This document shows positions 1-13,420 of a stretch of DNA of 64,000 nt, piece after piece. Position numbers and translations under genes: made by a program. The stretch's first letter is position 1; the number at the start of each line of letters is the position of its first letter. The stretch comes from Octopus sinensis (lineage: Eukaryota), in the NCBI RefSeq assembly GCF_006345805.1, contig NC_043000.1:65472001-65536000 (forward strand). The letters run 5' to 3'. Below the pieces are notes generated by a model. The model saw only the letters and a program-made list of their open reading frames with translations, made no database searches and had not been told where the DNA came from.

Positions 1-1660
1 TCCCAGGTACAAAACCAAACTGCATCTCAGCTACTTTAATTCTATTTCTAATCAATTGAGCTATAACTCTCATAACCCGGTCTAGTATTTTGATACCTCT
101 GTAATTGTTTCCATCTAAAGCACCACTTTTACTCTTGTAGCAGCCAACTATAACACTACTGCACCAGTCACTGGAGATGACACCTTCCTGAAAAACATGG
201 TTAACTATATGAGTAACTAGGCTGTATCCTACACTGCCAGATATTCTATTCATCTTGGCAGTGATTCCTGATGGTCCAGGGGCTTTCCCTATCTTCATAT
301 CCATAATTGCCTTATCTATTATACTACTATCAACTCTGATGGCTGGTCCCTCAATTGGTTCAATATTTGATTCTTCTTCTCCCATGCATTTTCCACATTT
401 AGTAATCTTTCATAATGGCACTTTTATGCATGTTTCTTCTCTGAGTCACAAAATGCAAGCATACCATTATCCCTTCAGATACATTTCTCACCCCACAATA
501 CTATTCTCTCTGATACACTGCTTTGCAATCCTGAACAGCTCACACTGTAGAACATTGACAAATCTCTTACCTTCTGCTATGTAAACCTGTCACCTATCTT
601 CCCTTATGTCTACCTTTATAATTCTCTGCTTCCACCATTTTTCTAGTCTTTCCAGGCCTGTGTCTTTGCTTTTATAGTACTGTCTACCTCCTTTGTTCCA
701 CCATCATATCACCCTTAGCATAGCTGGTTGCACCAGCCATGGATTTGGTCTGCAGCCCTCAGTAGATTGTCCCACAGGAACTTTCAATTGTCCCCTAAGC
801 TATATGTCTCTGCTTCCTCCTCTCTCTTTTGTCAGAGGCTTCCATTTGAATATCTCTAAATTTCTAAATTTAGTTTGCTGGATCTTTGAGCTTTCATAAT
901 CTTTTCCAGAATGGTTTATTTCTCACTGTTTCTAACTTTAATTCTGAAGTCACTAACTAGTAACTTATGTTGGGATGTACACTCTTCACATCTGCCTATC
1001 TCATTGCCTGGTGATGAGGTAATTGATCTGGCTTATGTACCCACCAGACTGATAAGTGATTAGGTGGCTGGTTGGTTTTCTGAAGTTAGGGTTGCAGATC
1101 ACAAGACCATTTGCATCACAGAACTCCAGTAGCCTTGTTCCCACCTCATTCCTAGAGCCAAAGCCATAACTACCATGCATGGGAATGCTGCCCAACATCT
1201 CCATTAAAGTCACCAGCCACAATAACCAAGTTTCTATCATTTAACGTTGAGGTAGTCTGCAGAAGGACCTCATAAAGTTGGTCCTTCTTGTCATCAGCCA
1301 GCTCAGACTGTGGAGCATAGGCAGAGATAAACGTAACTGTTAATTTATCTATAATAAGTTTCAGCTTAATAACCCTATTGCACATTCTAACTACCTCAAT
1401 TATCTCATCTACCCACTTTTCTGTTAAAAATATGCTTACATCACCCACTCTATCACTTTTGCATACCCAGGAGAATTTGAACCTGTTTCTTACCCGCGAG
1501 AAACCTAGCTGAGGTTCCCTTCCATCTTACTACCAATGCTCCAGCATTTCAATAATCTCGCCAGACCTACCTTTCATAGTGCCAACGTTGATAGCAGCAG
1601 CCCTAGAATTGTGTAGTTTCTCCAACACATTAACTCCTCTTCAAATTTCAGTATCTTGAG
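1..1660 (-). mobile_element. Degraded RTE-clade LINE (APE endonuclease plus start of RT)
   Basis: Fragments TFISAYAPQ...GDFNGDVG, GYGFGSRNEVGTRLLEFCDANGL, INYLITR; RT-like NYRGI region near 1-200; many stops and frameshifts. Confidence 0.85.
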
Positions 1661-2017
1661 ATGAGCCCTGTCTACTTTTATATTTGATGAATGGCTACTA
1701 TAGAAAAAAGTTAAATAGATTCCCCTTTAATTCTATCTATTTTATGGGCTTGTATTTTCTATTGGGAAATAATATATTAAAAATCAAAAAATTCAACTGA
1801 GTTCATTGAAATAAATGCTCAAAAACAATGTTAGTAGATCTTCGTTGTTCAACAATGAGGAATCAGTTGTTCAACCAGTATATACTAATGGCTGGGTATG
1901 CCACACACATGTATGGCACAGTGTATGTCAAGGCTGTACTTTCTGAATTACATGTACTTTTCATCTAATGAGCTTCAGTATAGTTTTTGTCTAACCAATT
2001 TCATACACAAAGTAAAG

Positions 2018-2372
2018 GTTGGCCTGAGGGTGATATGAAGCTCACTCTGCAACCACATGGTTCTGGGTTCAGTCACACAGTGTGGCACTTTCGGAAAGTG
2101 TCTTCTACTGTAGCCTTGGCCTGACTAAAGCTTTGTGAGTAGATTTGGCAGATGGCAATTGAAAAAAAACCTGTTGTGTGTGTGTGCATGTGTCTTTGTG
2201 TCTGTTTTTGTCCCCCATCATCACTTGACAATCAGTGTTCTTTCAAACAAAAGAGTCTGATAGAATAAGTACCAGGTTTAATAAGAAAAGTACTGGAATT
2301 GATTCATTCGACTAAAAACTCAAGATGGTGCCCCAGCATGGCCACAGTCTAATGACTGACACAAGTAACATA
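2018..2372 (+). mobile_element. tRNA-derived SINE (Octopus OK/OR-like family A)
   Basis: Head ...CAACCACATGGTTCTGGGTTCAGTC, core GGCACTTT...AAGTGTCTTCTACT, tail CCCCAGCATGGCCACAGTC...ACAAGTA; same family recurs more than 10 times in the window. Confidence 0.8.
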
Positions 2373-2615
2373 TAAAATAAATTCTACATAGTAATATCAC
2401 ACTTAGAACCTCATGATTGTAAGGCAAACTTCTTAAACATTTGGCCACACTGCACCTGTCAAAAGTAATGGTAAACAGTAAGTACAGCTCAACAAGTACA
2501 AAAGTGAAATTAAGCTTTGGGTATATTTAAATATATTTTCACAGAAATTTCATCAATCCATATAAAACCTATTTTACATACTGCACTTTCTAATCTACTG
2601 AAATCAAAGTTGATG

Positions 2616-3175
2616 TTATACTTGGCGAGAACTGTTCATTTGTTTCTGAATTTCAAACATAAAAATAGAAGCAGCCACGACATTATTTAGGCTATCAACT
2701 CCATTAGCCAATGGAATAGATACATACTGGCCATAATGTTTGAAAGCAAACTTTTTAGCATCAGCACTTAGTCCATGAGCTTCATTTCCAACTACAAGAA
2801 CAATCTCTTTTCCTGTGTAAGAAACCCGGTGATACACATTGTGAGATAGTGGCACTTTGTGGTACATTTCCTCCTCAACAGACAAGTCTATTTTGTTTTC
2901 TTGAGTCTTGTCACTGTCTGACTCATTGGCCACTGAGTCATCATCTATTGACTCATCACTTTCTGATTGTTTGATTAATTGATCAATATCTTCAAAACTG
3001 TAAACAGGATGCAATTGCGGTGTTTCACTACTCAACGTTGATGCCAATAGTACTTGAGGCTCTTTTCCCAGGTAGTTTGACATGCTTCCCCAAGATATAT
3101 TGTTAATGATTGGAACTCGGAAATGTGATCCACAGGCAGATCGTAGTACTTTAGGCTCCCAGATATCCACACAAC
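2616..3175 (-). CDS. MRM3: MRM3 coding exon 4 (SPOUT motifs 2 and 3, stop)
   Basis: Acceptor tttag|GT; GCVDIWEPKVLRSACGSHFRVPII, acidic insert, VVGNEAHGLS, IPLANGVDSLNNVVAASIFMFE; TAA 2618-2616. Spliced total 416 aa, close to the length and motifs I recall for vertebrate MRM3. Confidence 0.95.
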
Positions 3176-3344
3176 CTAAAAGATGAAAGCATATTTAATT
3201 AGTAAATAATATAATGTTCAAGTTTATAAATAATGCACATAATTAATTTATTCATATATTTTATCAGTCAGTATCAATAAGAGAGGGTCTATGGAATTTT
3301 AATCTAAAAAGAACTTTTATTTTATTTGCTTCTATAATATCCAA

Positions 3345-3558
3345 TTTAAGAAAATACTGTTTTCAAATTTTGGCACAAAATCGATTACACTGATCCCAGT
3401 GCTCAACTCATACTTATTTCTATTGACCACAAAAGGATGAAAGGCAAAGTTAACCTTGGAAGAATTTGGCATTTTAAAAATAGCTGAAAGAAGTTTATAC
3501 GATAAAATGTCACTAAACATTTTGCCTGACATGCTAACAGTTCTGCCAGCTTCTTGCC
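3345..3558 (-). mobile_element. SINE family B carrying a 34-nt copy of the MRM3 exon-3 acceptor
   Basis: AAAGGATGAAAGGCAAAGT...CATGCTAACAGTTCTGCCAGC matches family B copies at 9820 and 51925; the central part is replaced by sequence matching 6807-6840. Confidence 0.8.
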
Positions 3559-3679
3559 CAATAGTTAAGTTAATATTACTATGTTAATATAATGAACATA
3601 ACAGAGCTAATTATGTGGAAAAGAAAAGACAATATTAGTCAATGACTAATATTATTTTAATTATTCTGGCATATAACGA

Positions 3680-4161
3680 ACGGTGCTTGAGAAGACCCGG
3701 CAAGCCAAGTGAGACCATAACTTTGTGGCCTATGCCAGGAGTGTAACCAGCCCACTTATGCGTACCTTCCCTTCATTGGACACTGCTTGCGAAGACCTGT
3801 TGAGGCAAGTGAAATTGAAATCAAATTCGATGACTGACATCCGTGCAAGTGGAGCACTAAGAGCACGATCGTTACCAGCGTTGCCTTACTGGCACTTGTG
3901 CTGGTGTGCAGGTGACACGTAAAAAAAAAAACAATTTTTTCATGGCCATTGCCAGTACCACCTGACTGGCCCTCGTGCCGGTGGCATGTAAAAGCACCCA
4001 CTACACTCTCAGGCTGGTTGGCGTTAGGAAGGGCATCCAGCTGTAGAAACTCTGCCAGATCAAGATTGGAGCCTGGTGCAGCCATCTGGTTCGCCAGTCC
4101 TCAGTTAAATCGTCCAACCAATGCTAGCATGGAAAGCAGACGTTAAACGATGATGATGATG
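3680..4161 (+). mobile_element. SINE with RTE-type tail ending in (GAT)n
   Basis: GGCGTTAGGAAGGGCATCCAGCTGTAGAAAC...CATGGAAAGCAGACGTTAAACGATGATGATGAT; related tail in opposite orientation at 5460-5690. Confidence 0.7.
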
Positions 4162-4419
4162 AACTTCAGATATGTTTCTGTTTAACTAGATTTCCTCACT
4201 AAAGTTTAGATTACTGCACATTTGCTGAAGTATGGTTAAAGCTGGCATTGTTGAGGACAAATAATAGTGAAACATATCCAAAGTGTACAGACATAACCAA
4301 ACACTGGTGCACAGTAAAACTGATAGACTGCAGTTCGGACAGAGAACTTTGTTAAGATGAAGTGGTTTGATGAGAGGCTTCCAGTCTAAGAGATGAGAGA
4401 CAGTTGAAGTCCATTCGCA

Positions 4420-4680
4420 TTGTGGCTGTGTGGTAAGAAACTTGCTTCCCAATCACATGGCACCTTTAGCAAGTGTCTTCTACTATAGTCCTGGGCTGAC
4501 CAAAGCCTTGTGAGTGGATTTAGTAGACAGAAACTGAAAGAAGCCCATAAGTACCAAGCTTAACAAAAAAGAAAAAAGAAAAAACTACTGGGGTCGATTT
4601 ATTCAGCTAAACAATTCTCCAAGGCAGTGCCCCAGCATGGCCATAGACTAATAACTGATACAAGTAAAAAATAAAAGATA
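4420..4680 (+). mobile_element. SINE family A, internally deleted
   Basis: A-box TGGCTGTGTGG, core and tail present; the middle is missing. Confidence 0.75.
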
Positions 4681-4949
4681 ACAGTATCTTAGCCAGGAGG
4701 TTCTCATGACACAGTAAAAAAAAACTTTGCTCTGCTCATGTCAAATACAATAACACTGCTTTGGTCAAAACCATCAAAAGATTCAGACCACTGGCTGGTA
4801 ATATTCTTTATACATAAACCATAAACTCCTACAGTTAAACACATTAGTTCATTCAGATTAGTGGTGGTCAACATCAGGGGAGAAGAGATTTATAACATCT
4901 TGAGCAGCAAATACAGTTCATCAGATAGAACAGAATATCTTTTGTTGTT

Positions 4950-5312
4950 TACTTGTTTCAGTCATTGGACTGCAGTCATGCTAGACAGAGCACCACCTTG
5001 AAGGGCTTAGTTGAACAAATCATCTCCAGTACTTATTTTTCAAATCTAGTATTTATTCTATTGGTCTCTTTTGCTGATACACTAAATTATAGAGACAAAG
5101 ACAAACCAACATGAGTTGTCAAGCAATGGTGGGAACAAATGAAAATATACAAACACACACACACGGCAAGTTTCTGCTCACCAAATTCACTTAAAGAACA
5201 TTGGTCAGTACAGAGCTATAGTAGAAGACATCTGCCCAAGGTGCTGTACAGTGGGATTGAACCCTAAATCATATAACTACAAAGCAAGTTTCTTAACCAC
5301 ACAGCCATACTT
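4950..5312 (-). mobile_element. SINE family A
   Basis: Reverse-complement of family A from tail (CTTGTTTCAGTCAT) to head (ACCACACAGCCA). Confidence 0.75.
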
Positions 5313-6059
5313 GTGGCTATAAATGGTAATATAAATGGTAATACTTGTGGCTATAAATAATAATGGTAATATAATGGTAATATTTCAGTAGCAAATCATG
5401 TTTAATTAATGCTAGAATACATATTGATTTTCTCATTGTATACTATGTATATAAAGGAAAGATCATCATCATTATTACAAGATGTCTGTTTTCCATGCAG
5501 GGTTAGGATGTTTAGACAGGAACAGGTAAGTCAGGAGACTGCACCAAGCTCTGCTGTCTGCTATGGCATAGTTTCTGTGGCTGGCTGTACCCTTCCTGAT
5601 ACCAACTGTACTGGGTGCTTTTTATGTGGCACCAGCAGCAGTGAAGTCACCAGGTAATTTGCAAGACAAGACCTCTTCAAGTGAGGTGGGAGTAGTATTG
5701 AGGGATAGAAAGGTGTCTTGCATTAGAAGAAAGACATGGCTTCCTCAGATGGAGAAGAGAATGAGGAGAGAAAGATAATGAAAATGTGATAGAAAGCGGG
5801 TAGTGGCCCATACACCCAAGTTAGAGAGTGATGTATATAGTGGGGTGGACTAGAGAGAGAAGATGGGTAGGCGGGTGAGTTCACAAGATTTCAAAAGGAG
5901 AATGGTAGCTAGAAGTGGTGAAGAAGGAAAAGGATTTAACAGTTGCATATTATGTGTAGATAGGTAAGTGGACACATAAGGGAAAATGGCGATGATAAGT
6001 GAAACCACAGTGGTGAGCATGGGTGGATTGCAGGAGAGAGCGGGTATCATGGGCATGGA

Positions 6060-6610
6060 TTTTACTTTGCTGGGCAGGTCATCTCAAGCACAGCATATCA
6101 CCAGTAGTCTCAGTCCTTTGTCATCTCTGTTAGGCTCAATATTTGAAGATCATTTCTCACCACTTCATCTCTTCCACAGATCCCCTTCATATTTTGAGAT
6201 TGGCACTTCTTTACACAGCTATCCTCGTCCATACACATCACATGACCAAACCAGTGCAGTCTTCTCTCTGGCACACTACATCTGATATCTCTTATACCCA
6301 ATTTTTCTCTCAAAACATTGTTGTACATGCAGAGTGCCATTGCACATCCAGCACAGCGTGCTGGCATCATTTTTTTCCAAGCCTTCACATGTCCTCTGCA
6401 GTCAGCCCATGTTTTGTTGTCATGTAGCATAGCTGTCTGTACACAGGCATCACAGTTTGCCTTTCACTCTGAGGGAGAGGCCCTTAGTAATCAATAAAGG
6501 TAATAGTTCTCTGAACTTTACCCAGCCAATTCTTAGTTTAGCAGCTACCTTAATTGCTTTGTCTATCATGCTTCTGTCAAGTCAGATAGCTGGTCTCTCT
6601 CTGTTCGGGA
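6060..6610 (-). mobile_element. RTE LINE RT C-terminal fragment
   Basis: RIGWVKFRELLPLLITKGLSLRVKGKL; LREKLGIRDIRCSVPERRLHWFGHVMCMDEDSCVKKC. Confidence 0.85.
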
Positions 6611-6665
6611 CCATGTTAAATAGACTTCCTTTAAATTATTATATGCTAGATAAAAAATTACTTAC

Positions 6666-6824
6666 CTACAGATGCAAGAACTTTTGAACAACCAACAGCA
6701 GCAGCAGATCGTATCAAAGTACCCATGTTACCAGAGTCTCGGATATTATCAAGAATAATAGTTAAAGGAATTGTCTTAGTCTGAGTGACAAGGGATTCTC
6801 CAGTACTTGGCATTTTGAAAATAG
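6666..6824 (-). CDS. MRM3: MRM3 coding exon 3 (SPOUT motif 1)
   Basis: Acceptor ctttcag|CT; IILDNIRDSGNMGTLIRSAAAVGC (SpoU motif 1); donor G|GTAAGT; 159 nt. Confidence 0.95.
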
Positions 6825-8419
6825 CTGAAAGAAGTTTATAAGGTAAAAATTTGCTCAAATACTTTCAGATTTAGTACAAAAAAAAAAAGAGAGAGAAAAA
6901 AAAAAGCATGGTCCTTATAATTTTGTAAATTTCTTTGTACTTTGTGAACAACACTGACATTGTCATTTTCAATAGGTCTTTCGCTAGTCTACTGCATTTC
7001 CAAAAACAAGATTAATGAGGGAGTGTCTGTGAAACTCAGGTAGAATACCCCAATGCATTTTAGTTTGACACTCCAAATTGTCACTTTCCTTGCTCACACA
7101 CACTCATGTGTATGTGTGTGTGTATAAGAACAGATGGATAGTGTGTCAATTCATTACCACTATTTCCAACAAATTTTTCATTGATTAATGGAGACATATT
7201 ATCCAACTGTTGTTATTTATTCATTTACTATTCACCTCTCACAGAACTTGCTCCTTATGTAGATCTGAAGTATATAATGGACTATACTTAGTACAATGTA
7301 CGTTTGTTGATTAGCCTCAGGGCTATTGATATACTCATTTACTCTTTTACTTGTTTCAGTCATTTGACTGCGGCCATGCTGGAGCACCGCCTTTGGGTAC
7401 AGTTAATCATATACATAACCTGAATATCCATCTGTACTTCAGTACTCACATATAAATTCCTCTATTTTTGTTGTGTATACATTTCACTTTTTGACCTGAC
7501 CCAATGCCTTACCATTTAAGTGCTAGATTCACTTGAATCCTGATCTATTATATATATATAGATATAGATATGACAAGCCTCCAGAGAATTTGCTTTGACT
7601 GATTTTTACTTACAATGCAAGACCATACCAGCACCCATATATGCAGTGATCATCGATATGTTTGCTATTGGAAAACTAATAAAGATTAAAAGATTAAAGG
7701 ATAATTCAGGATAAATGGAAAGAATAATTTATTCCTGAAAAGTAGTCATTGTAGCTCCAACAGGGTTACAAAGAATGAAAATGGTGATTACATTGGAATT
7801 TCATCATATGCAATTTAAAATACATAAAATCCATTGCAATAAAGGGAATAATGCCACTAATATAGTCAGACTGTAACATTAACATGCTTAATAAAGAGGA
7901 AATATTTAAGACTGATTTCCTTGCCTCAAACTGTCAGAACCATAACATGGTAACAGGAAGCAAGGGAAGAATAAAACTGTGTAACATAATTTTTGTCCTT
8001 GAGCAGCATCTGTTATTTCCTATTTTCTTACCCCTTGAAACTATGGAAAATGGCTAATATTTTCTTCAAACTTTGCTTTTGTTACATTTATTCAAACCCT
8101 ATGAGAATCCTTCTCAACATATGGCTATGATGCTCCCCCACTAATCCTGTTCATGATCAGAGATGCACATATTGTCAGCCACCCTGGGACATGATCAAGT
8201 GATTAAGGTCAAGCAGTTGACAAGCAAATCTGTGGTATCGAGCAGAATATTTGCTATGATATTTCTGCTGCAACAACTCAGCGCTGAATTTATCTGAGAT
8301 GTAATGGAAAATAGGTCAGTTTCAAAACATTGATGTCCAGAAGACAAAAGCAAAGATTGAAGGGATTAGTAGTAATTTCCTTTGATTTACAGGTAGAAGC
8401 AAGTAGGAAACAACACTGA

Positions 8420-8820
8420 CCAAAAAAAAAAGTTACAACAGTGTAATGTGAGTATTGAAGTAATTGAAAACGACAGCTTGAGAGAGGATTAGTTGAGACT
8501 GATGTTTTTAATGCAGGAGAGTTTGACAAACAACTGCTAGTAGGTGAAAAAGTTAGAGAAAGGAACAGGGAAGTGAAATTTTGAGCAAGAGTAACTAGTA
8601 GTTTTTGTAAGTGATATCCAGGTGAGAGAGTTGAGTGTGTGGGAGATTAGAGTCAATACAAACACTCTTAGGAAAGAAGTTGAAATATAAAGTATTGCCT
8701 GAATAGCAGAGATGCATTAGTGTATGGGATGAGAGTTGTCTTAGAGTAGAATAATAGAGGTGTTCTTTCATTTAGTAAAGGTGGGTAGTGTCAAGTTTGG
8801 ACCAAAATCCTTAAATACTG
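8420..8820 (-). mobile_element. Old LINE (L2/Jockey/CR1-like) 3' fragment
   Basis: Purine-rich plus strand whose complement resembles the RT C-terminal SFxxR..LWNSLP region; very decayed. Confidence 0.4.
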
Positions 8821-9519
8821 GCATAAAGAGATGAAGAAATAAATAGTTCATCAGCTTGTTTGCAAGCTTATTTGATTTTGTCCATTAAAACTGGAAGATT
8901 TAGTAACTTATGTGATGTTACTACCTTTTCCTATAAGTGAAATATAAAACAAAGTTGGTGAACAAACAACAGTTAAAGAACATTTGAATCCTAAAAATGA
9001 GGAAAAGAATTCAGTAACTGCTTGCTGAATGCAAAGTATTATAAGTGCAATGCCTCTAATGGCAGAAAGAAAAAAGCTAACAGTTGCTGACAAGAAATAA
9101 GAGAGGGGCAGAGAAAGCATCAATCTAAAGCAGGGCCTGTTTGATATTTATTAATCCAATTAAAATATATCATACTGCACCATGTATACAGTATAATGTT
9201 TATAAGATGAAAATTAAAGAGAAAAAGTGAAAAAACAGGATATAATTTCACTGATACAGGTACAAATTAATACACTTCTGAAGCAGAGAATGTTTAATCT
9301 ATATCAGTCGACTTAAAAAAGTAAAAAACAAAACTATTTTTAACACATCATATGCAAATTAATTGACTTAATAAAAAAACAAAACAAACAAAAATGGATA
9401 TGTTCACTCAATACATAGTACAGTAAATTGTGGTATTGTAGAGTATTTCTGAATAAGAGGTCCAGTACAGCATATGAAAGAACAAAAATTACTTGTAGAA
9501 ATAAAAAAGAACTTCTTAC

Positions 9520-9764
9520 CTGCAATCCCAGATGGTGTAACAACATCTGACCATAATTTCAAATGTTTATATTGAACTTTATAGATAGGAAATTTGCCAA
9601 CAAGATGAGCTGGTAGACTGAATGGCTCTACTTCACTTGTTACATACATGACAGAACACTCAGCACCACTTTCCAATGCATCCATAATCAGTCTTTTACC
9701 TTCCAGGAAAATCTTTCCAGTTTTATAACGAGTCTTTCTCGATTTGGCAATATTAATCTGGGAT
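9520..9764 (-). CDS. MRM3: MRM3 coding exon 2 (SpoU substrate-binding region)
   Basis: Acceptor tttcag|A completes GGA; SQINIAKSRKTRYKTGKIFLEGKRLIMDAL...WSDVVTPSGIA; donor G|GTAAGA; 245 nt. Confidence 0.93.
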
Positions 9765-9819
9765 CTGAAAGAATTAGATAACACAGATAAAAGAACATGG
9801 AATCTAATAAAGAATATTG

Positions 9820-10030
9820 ATATTGATTTCAAATTTTGGCACAAGGCCAGCAATTTCAGGGGAGGGGTTAAGTTGATTAGATTGACTCCAATGGTCAACT
9901 GGTTCTTATTTTATCAACCCTGAAAGGATGAAAGGCAAAGTTGATCTCAGCTGAATTTGAACTCAGAATCTAAAGACAGATGAAATGTTGCTAAACATTT
10001 TGTCCAACATGCTAACGATTCAGCCAGCTT
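9820..10030 (-). mobile_element. SINE family B
   Basis: GAAAGGATGAAAGGCAAAGTTGATCTCAGCTGAATTTGAACTCAGAA; serves as the uninterrupted comparator for 3345-3558. Confidence 0.8.
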
Positions 10031-11739
10031 TAAAGAATATTAATATTATAAACAACATATCATGTATCTTGAAATACTAAAACAAACTGAATGAATTAAC
10101 AATTCTGCAGAATTGCTCAACTTATTAAAAGAAAAAAAACAGCTAAGCGTCCTTTCAATCATACCCTACTGACTTTAAAAAAGAATAGATACACTAGATA
10201 ATGTTATCTGAAAGTAGAGGAATGTCACAGCTGCAATGCTTTACTCATAAGTCTTCTTAAGGCTGACTTTGGGCTAAACAACAAAAAGTTATCAATATTT
10301 AAGAATTTGGTCAATTTTAATTCTGATTCCTAGGTATACTTTCATTATATTCTCCAATACACAATATGCTATGAGAGAAATTTGATTGGGGAAATGGCGC
10401 AGAAGCCTGTATATGAGTGTGTGTGTCTGTGTTTACTGGAGTTAACACATAAAGCGCAACGGGACATGATCGTGGGCGTCAGGTAAAGGTCAACAGGCCA
10501 CGATAGATGCATTTAATTTATGGGTGTTTGTTGGGGTTTAATGTCGCCCAAAAGCTTCAATACTCCCAAGAATGCAAGAGGACTAATAGTTCAACTAATG
10601 ACTTTTCAGATGATGTAAAACTTGCCACCATTATATACTAAGACATTTGAACTATTTTTTGTTTTTTATGCGTGCATGGTAGTCTCATTTTCATAAAATG
10701 TGTTCAGCAGTCCATCCCAGCACTTTAGTGGGTTAATACTTAGTGACGTTTACTACCTAAAGGGAGGTAACTCCTTGAATAAACGTAAACAAAAAGGCCA
10801 ACTGAGCTTTTCGAGAGAGAGAGTGATAAAATAAATGCAAGACAAAGTACTGGAGCCAAAATAATCCACTAAAATGCTCGAAGTTTGTGCTCTAGCATGG
10901 TTACATTCCTGTGATTGAGACCAGACAGCCTCAAATGGCTGAGTCATGTCCGCGACTACTAACTGAACAATCAGTGGGGTGTATCTTGTTCTAAGTTTAA
11001 CTATTATCCATAACTAGGACACTCTAATTTTAAGGGGGTTCAGTCCACCTAACTGCAAATAAGGTTACACAATGAGGAGGTGTTTGAATTAACATAGGAT
11101 ATTTTGCAGAGTCGCTCGACCTTCTCGAAATAGCTAAGTCTCTAAATCACACCCTACTGCTTAAAAAAACCGGAAAGAATAAAATGGATATTAACTGAAA
11201 GAAAAGTTAGGGAATTGTCACAGATGGAAAGTTATACTCTTAGGCCTACTAATTAAGACTACTTCGTAATTAACAACTCGTTATTAACTCACAGTATTGA
11301 AACAGACGAGGAAGCAACTTAACTAAAAAATCTTTGAGGATACTTCATTTTATAGTTGCAAGAGTTGTCGGTAAATCTAAGGGAATTAACAAAATAGTTA
11401 TATAAAACCCCCATCTATAAATGTTTCTGTTTAGGGGAAGCAACTGTGGCCATTACTTACTTGAATAGCTGCCAGTTTACAGCTATTCAAGAGAAATCTG
11501 GATGGGAATGAACCAACTAGAGTGCCTCTATGTGGTCACTGGACCTACTAAAAACAACAACCAAAACTCGCCCCTACTGACTTAAAATAGGAACATAGGA
11601 TAAGACATGTGTGAAAGGAAAAAAAAAAGAAATGAATGAAAAAAGCTTTTGAGTAAAAGCTTAATCAATCAGATCTAGTCTGAGACTAAACAGTAATAAA
11701 ATGGACAAGATGGAATTTTCAGGTACTTCATTCTTGAGG

Positions 11740-12300
11740 TGGAACGATTGGAAATATGGTTGGTATTGAGGACACAGGTTAAGTGAAGAGAGGAAGAGAG
11801 ATTGGTGGGCTAGGGTTTGGGGAGTATGCAACTAGGTAGCAGGCTGTAATAATAGTTGTAGAAAAGATAGAATAAGAAGACAGGGAGTCTGTGATAGGGG
11901 CTAGAGCATGATGGTCTTTATATGGGTCTGAGCTAAAACTTTTTCTAGTCCTGAAGAAAGTTAGTCTCCAGGACGCAGCTTTAACTATGCTATGGAAGTG
12001 ACATTGCCAGATGAGGTCATCAGAGATTGTGAGGCCTAGCGTTTGCACAAACGTTGAGCGTTTTAGTTGTTGTCTAAGACTAAAGAGAGTGAAGGTTGTT
12101 TTTCTTCTGTTGGAAAAAAGTTATGTCCCCATATAAGAATGTTTTGGGTATCTGTTCATGGAAGCAGTGTTGGTTTGACTCAGTGTGTATAGATTATGTG
12201 GATGACACTTGTTTGCAGAGGGTGGGATCAGTGTTATCCTTTATATGAATGGGCTTTGTTGAACTGTTTAGTACTGAGTGAATTTTGAATAGATCTACGA
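11740..12300 (-). mobile_element. LINE (Jockey/L2/CR1 group) RT C-terminal fragment in intron 1
   Basis: LGLTISDDLIWQCHFHSIVKAASWRLTFFRTRKSFS resembles the conserved LGL.I..DL.W..HI..I segment. Confidence 0.6.
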
Positions 12301-13420
12301 TAAACGCATCCCAAGCATGGCCATCCCATCGTCTTATCCTATGTGCAGAGAACACAGGATCACATAAGCCAAAGTAATTTTTAGGTTGTGATTTGAGGGA
12401 AATTTGGGTAAAATTTGGTTATTTCTAACTTGTACGACCACGTAAGATGCTCTTGAAATGAGCATCTGTAGGAGGTAGGTTGGTAATCTAAAAGAGAAAA
12501 TGAAAGTTAGAGAGTCATAACCGAACGTTGAAACAATGATAATTTGATGGAATGTGGACAAGAGGTTCGTCTGCACACACTGAGATGGTACGACCTGGCA
12601 CAAAACTTCTAATCTGAGAGGCTAAAAAAAAAAAGGCGTAGCTTTCGTGCCAGAAACAATTAAACACTTTGCTAATAACAAATGCAACGAGTGTTTACAC
12701 CAAGTTTTTCACGGACCAGGAACGATTGAGATTGAATAACAAAAGTGGAGCCCGCGAGATTTGGCTGAATGGAAGCCGTACAGATCGTAGAAGCAGGCAT
12801 TCAAGATGAAATTAACGTACTAAATAATTAGTAACAGAGTCACGAATTCTTTCAGAATAGCTAAATGAAAATATTATATTTTACAGTTATATTAGTTTGT
12901 TCGAATATTTTATATAAATATCTGAATTATCATCGGGCTAGTACATCCCCTTTGATCCTTCACCAGTTCCAACTTACTTTCGATTTGTTAATTTCACCTT
13001 TATTTCTACAATCGAAAAGCAACGTAACTAGGTAGATAATAATATAAGCATCTTACATCTATTTTATGAACTACATGACGACTAATGAAGCAACTACGGC
13101 CTGATATTTCTTACAAACTAAAGGACGATTTAACGATGGAGCTATTCAGCTGCCGTCCATAAATAGAAATAACAGCCGAAGGTCCTTTAAATCATACATC
13201 CAACTTCTTAAAGAAGATGATTAAATAAACAATATCTAAATAAAACGAAGTGACGGAATGGTCACGATTAAAACACTTTTTTTGTTCAAGGGACTGCTCG
13301 AACTCTGGATTGACCATCTTTGAACTTCGCATAGCATTCTTCTGAAATAACTTCGCTTAATACAAATACAGTGTTTCTGAAGAAAAGAAGAGAAGAAGGG
13401 AGGGAAGAAAGTAAGCTAAC

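Noticed and set aside
2300-2615. MRM3 polyadenylation signal
   Set aside because: No clear AATAAA on the minus strand near the stop; the 3' end cannot be placed from sequence alone.
2860-3030. Acidic D/E/S-rich insert within the MRM3 SPOUT domain
   Set aside because: Vertebrate MRM3 has an acidic insert at the same place as I recall; not novel.
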